Source of the DNA: Tubulanus polymorphus
Taxonomy: Eukaryota > Animalia > Nemertea
Assembly: GCF_964204645.1 (NCBI RefSeq)
Contig: NC_134028.1
Location: 9,238,001-9,302,000 of the forward strand
Direction of reading: 5' to 3'
DNA: 64,000 nt
The number at the start of each line of letters is the position of its first letter. Positions within the stretch are counted from its first letter, which is position 1. Under the pieces are notes generated by a model. That model ran no database searches and was not told where the DNA came from. It worked only from the letters and a program-made list of their open reading frames with translations. The translations under genes and the position numbers were made by a program. This document shows positions 62,163 to 64,000 of the stretch, one piece after another.

Positions 62163-64000
62163 CAACCGCGGAAACTACGTGTGACAATCCGTAACAAAAA
62201 TTTGAATACAAACAAAATGGTGCTACCGTAGCCTAGCAACTAATATAAGTTACAAACGGATATATTCGAAACACACGGATTGATCATGGGTCGAGCCGGA
62301 TTAGATAATATACATGTATTTATATTTTGACTTACGTAGAAGGTACTATATTGGAAGTGTTTGTGATGACGATAAAAATTTGCTCAAAAAAGATAATCAA
62401 AAATTAAAGATAAACCCACAATTTAAAAAAAGAAGATATGAGAGTAGTATGACGCTTAAACTGAAGTGCTATGAGTCGTTTTCAAAACTGAAAACGGCAT
62501 TTCAGTCGAATCGTCAAACTACTGTCATAGTGTTTCTTTTGAATGCTGGTTTTTCTTCAATTCAAATATAGATAGTTATCAATTGTCTTTGTAGACTAAT
62601 TGATTAATTAGCACGTTATGAAATAATGATAAAAATGAACATTACGATGGATACTATTGATGTACGTAATATAACGAATCTATCGTGAGTAAATGGTAGA
62701 TTATGATTTCAGTTAGAACATTGTAATCAACGTTGCCTACGTACATTGCTCGGATCGGGGTGTATACGTCTTGTATCCGACGTATTTTTTTTAAGATGTC
62801 AATAAAGCCTATTTTCAATTCTCTCTTCAGTAAAAGAGAGTTTTCTAATCGACATTGTTCCCAGTTAAATAAGGTTAAATGTTTTTATATCAAATTAACA
62901 ATACACTCGTCCGGAATGTATCGTAAGTTTTCAAGTTGGTAAAATAGTTTTCGCTATCAGATCTAGTCTACATAAGCAAAATTCACGAAAGACTGTGTGC
63001 GGACTGTACACCGGCCTCTATCTGGTTGAGTTGGGGTAGTTATGGGAAGTTGACCACCGTTTAATGTTTGTTGACGGCAAAGCTTTTCTATTCGAATTTC
63101 TGCGCTTGAAATTCTTATTGAATATTTCGTGGTTATGATTATTTCTATCCGTAAGCCCATCACCTTCGACCGGCTCTAAAGCGAGGAAGTAGAAATTGCG
63201 AGATGAACGTTAATGCGGTGTGATGATTTCATCTTATCAATTGAAAATCACAATTTGCTGTGAGAAGCCAATATATCGATGATTGAAAATACGTTTTTTA
63301 ATGATTTTGTAATATCTCTGCCGTATCTGTAATGGTACTGCGGTAATTGAGCTTCGGTCGCATTTAATGCTTAGTTTGATTCGAAGTAGGGTTTGGGAAA
63401 TCGATTGGGTCGCTATGAACTAAACAATCGAATCACTAACATCGTCAATAGCGCTCGTTTTACTTCCATATTTCAATGAAAATCGAAACGACTTTTCTCA
63501 TAGCCGAATCAGTTAGCAATAACTATACCCAACCATGGAGCGATAAAAACTCTTAAGCACGTTTTTTGCCTCACGTATGATGCTATCTGGATTCAGTAGC
63601 CTGAAAGGGTACAATGAAAAGACTTATCTTACCTGTGGCGTCGAATATACGGGGCGCATAGACACGTCCTCTGTTGGGATAGCCGTTAGTGTGTCGGTAC
63701 CCTTTCCTGGCGCTTATCTCTGGAATCGGGGTTTATCTCCGTAAAAACAATTAACGAATCGACTTTAAATTCAATATTGCGCTATACATTTTTCGTGAAA
63801 GAATTGATTCGTAATTCTAGTTGTTATGGGCTGGTCCATTCTTTAAGTTTTAAGTTTAAGTTTTCTCCATTTAAATAAGCTGGTAGCCTTACGATACGAT
63901 CTGGAACTAGTTCAATCGGGAATTAGCTCAATTAAAAATAATTAGAGACCGGAGGTTTTTTCGTATGTACATTTCTTTTACAAAAACGACTCCCCGGAGT

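Overview
Animal (invertebrate-type) nuclear DNA. The dominant feature is a complete but decaying ~17.7 kb Polinton/Maverick (adintovirus-like endogenous dsDNA virus) at 360-18083. It has a 6-bp TATAAT target-site duplication, ~360-bp TIRs, a group-2-type protein-primed PolB, penton, major capsid, packaging ATPase and chromodomain integrase. No cysteine protease is recognisable; a block of membrane-protein genes lies between the two capsid genes. Nearly every gene starts in a poxvirus-late-promoter-like TAAATG, and each TIR begins with an imperfect hairpin. The pairing of that hairpin is preserved by compensatory changes in a second, diverged Polinton end at 41480. Together these point, by inference, to a helper-dependent (virophage-like) element. 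The rest of the window is host sequence: an intronless HNMT-like methyltransferase, a 6-exon M14 carboxypeptidase whose last exon is tandemly duplicated (1647-bp unit), a Shisa-like gene, a frameshifted GPCR, and a heparan sulfate 3-O-sulfotransferase with three tRNA genes in its 12.7-kb intron. Many other TEs are present: Academ-like elements with a RecQ helicase, a Penelope-like RT remnant, minimal hammerhead ribozymes, a Helentron-like repeat, MITEs and a foldback element. All calls are by eye from motifs; no database searches were run.
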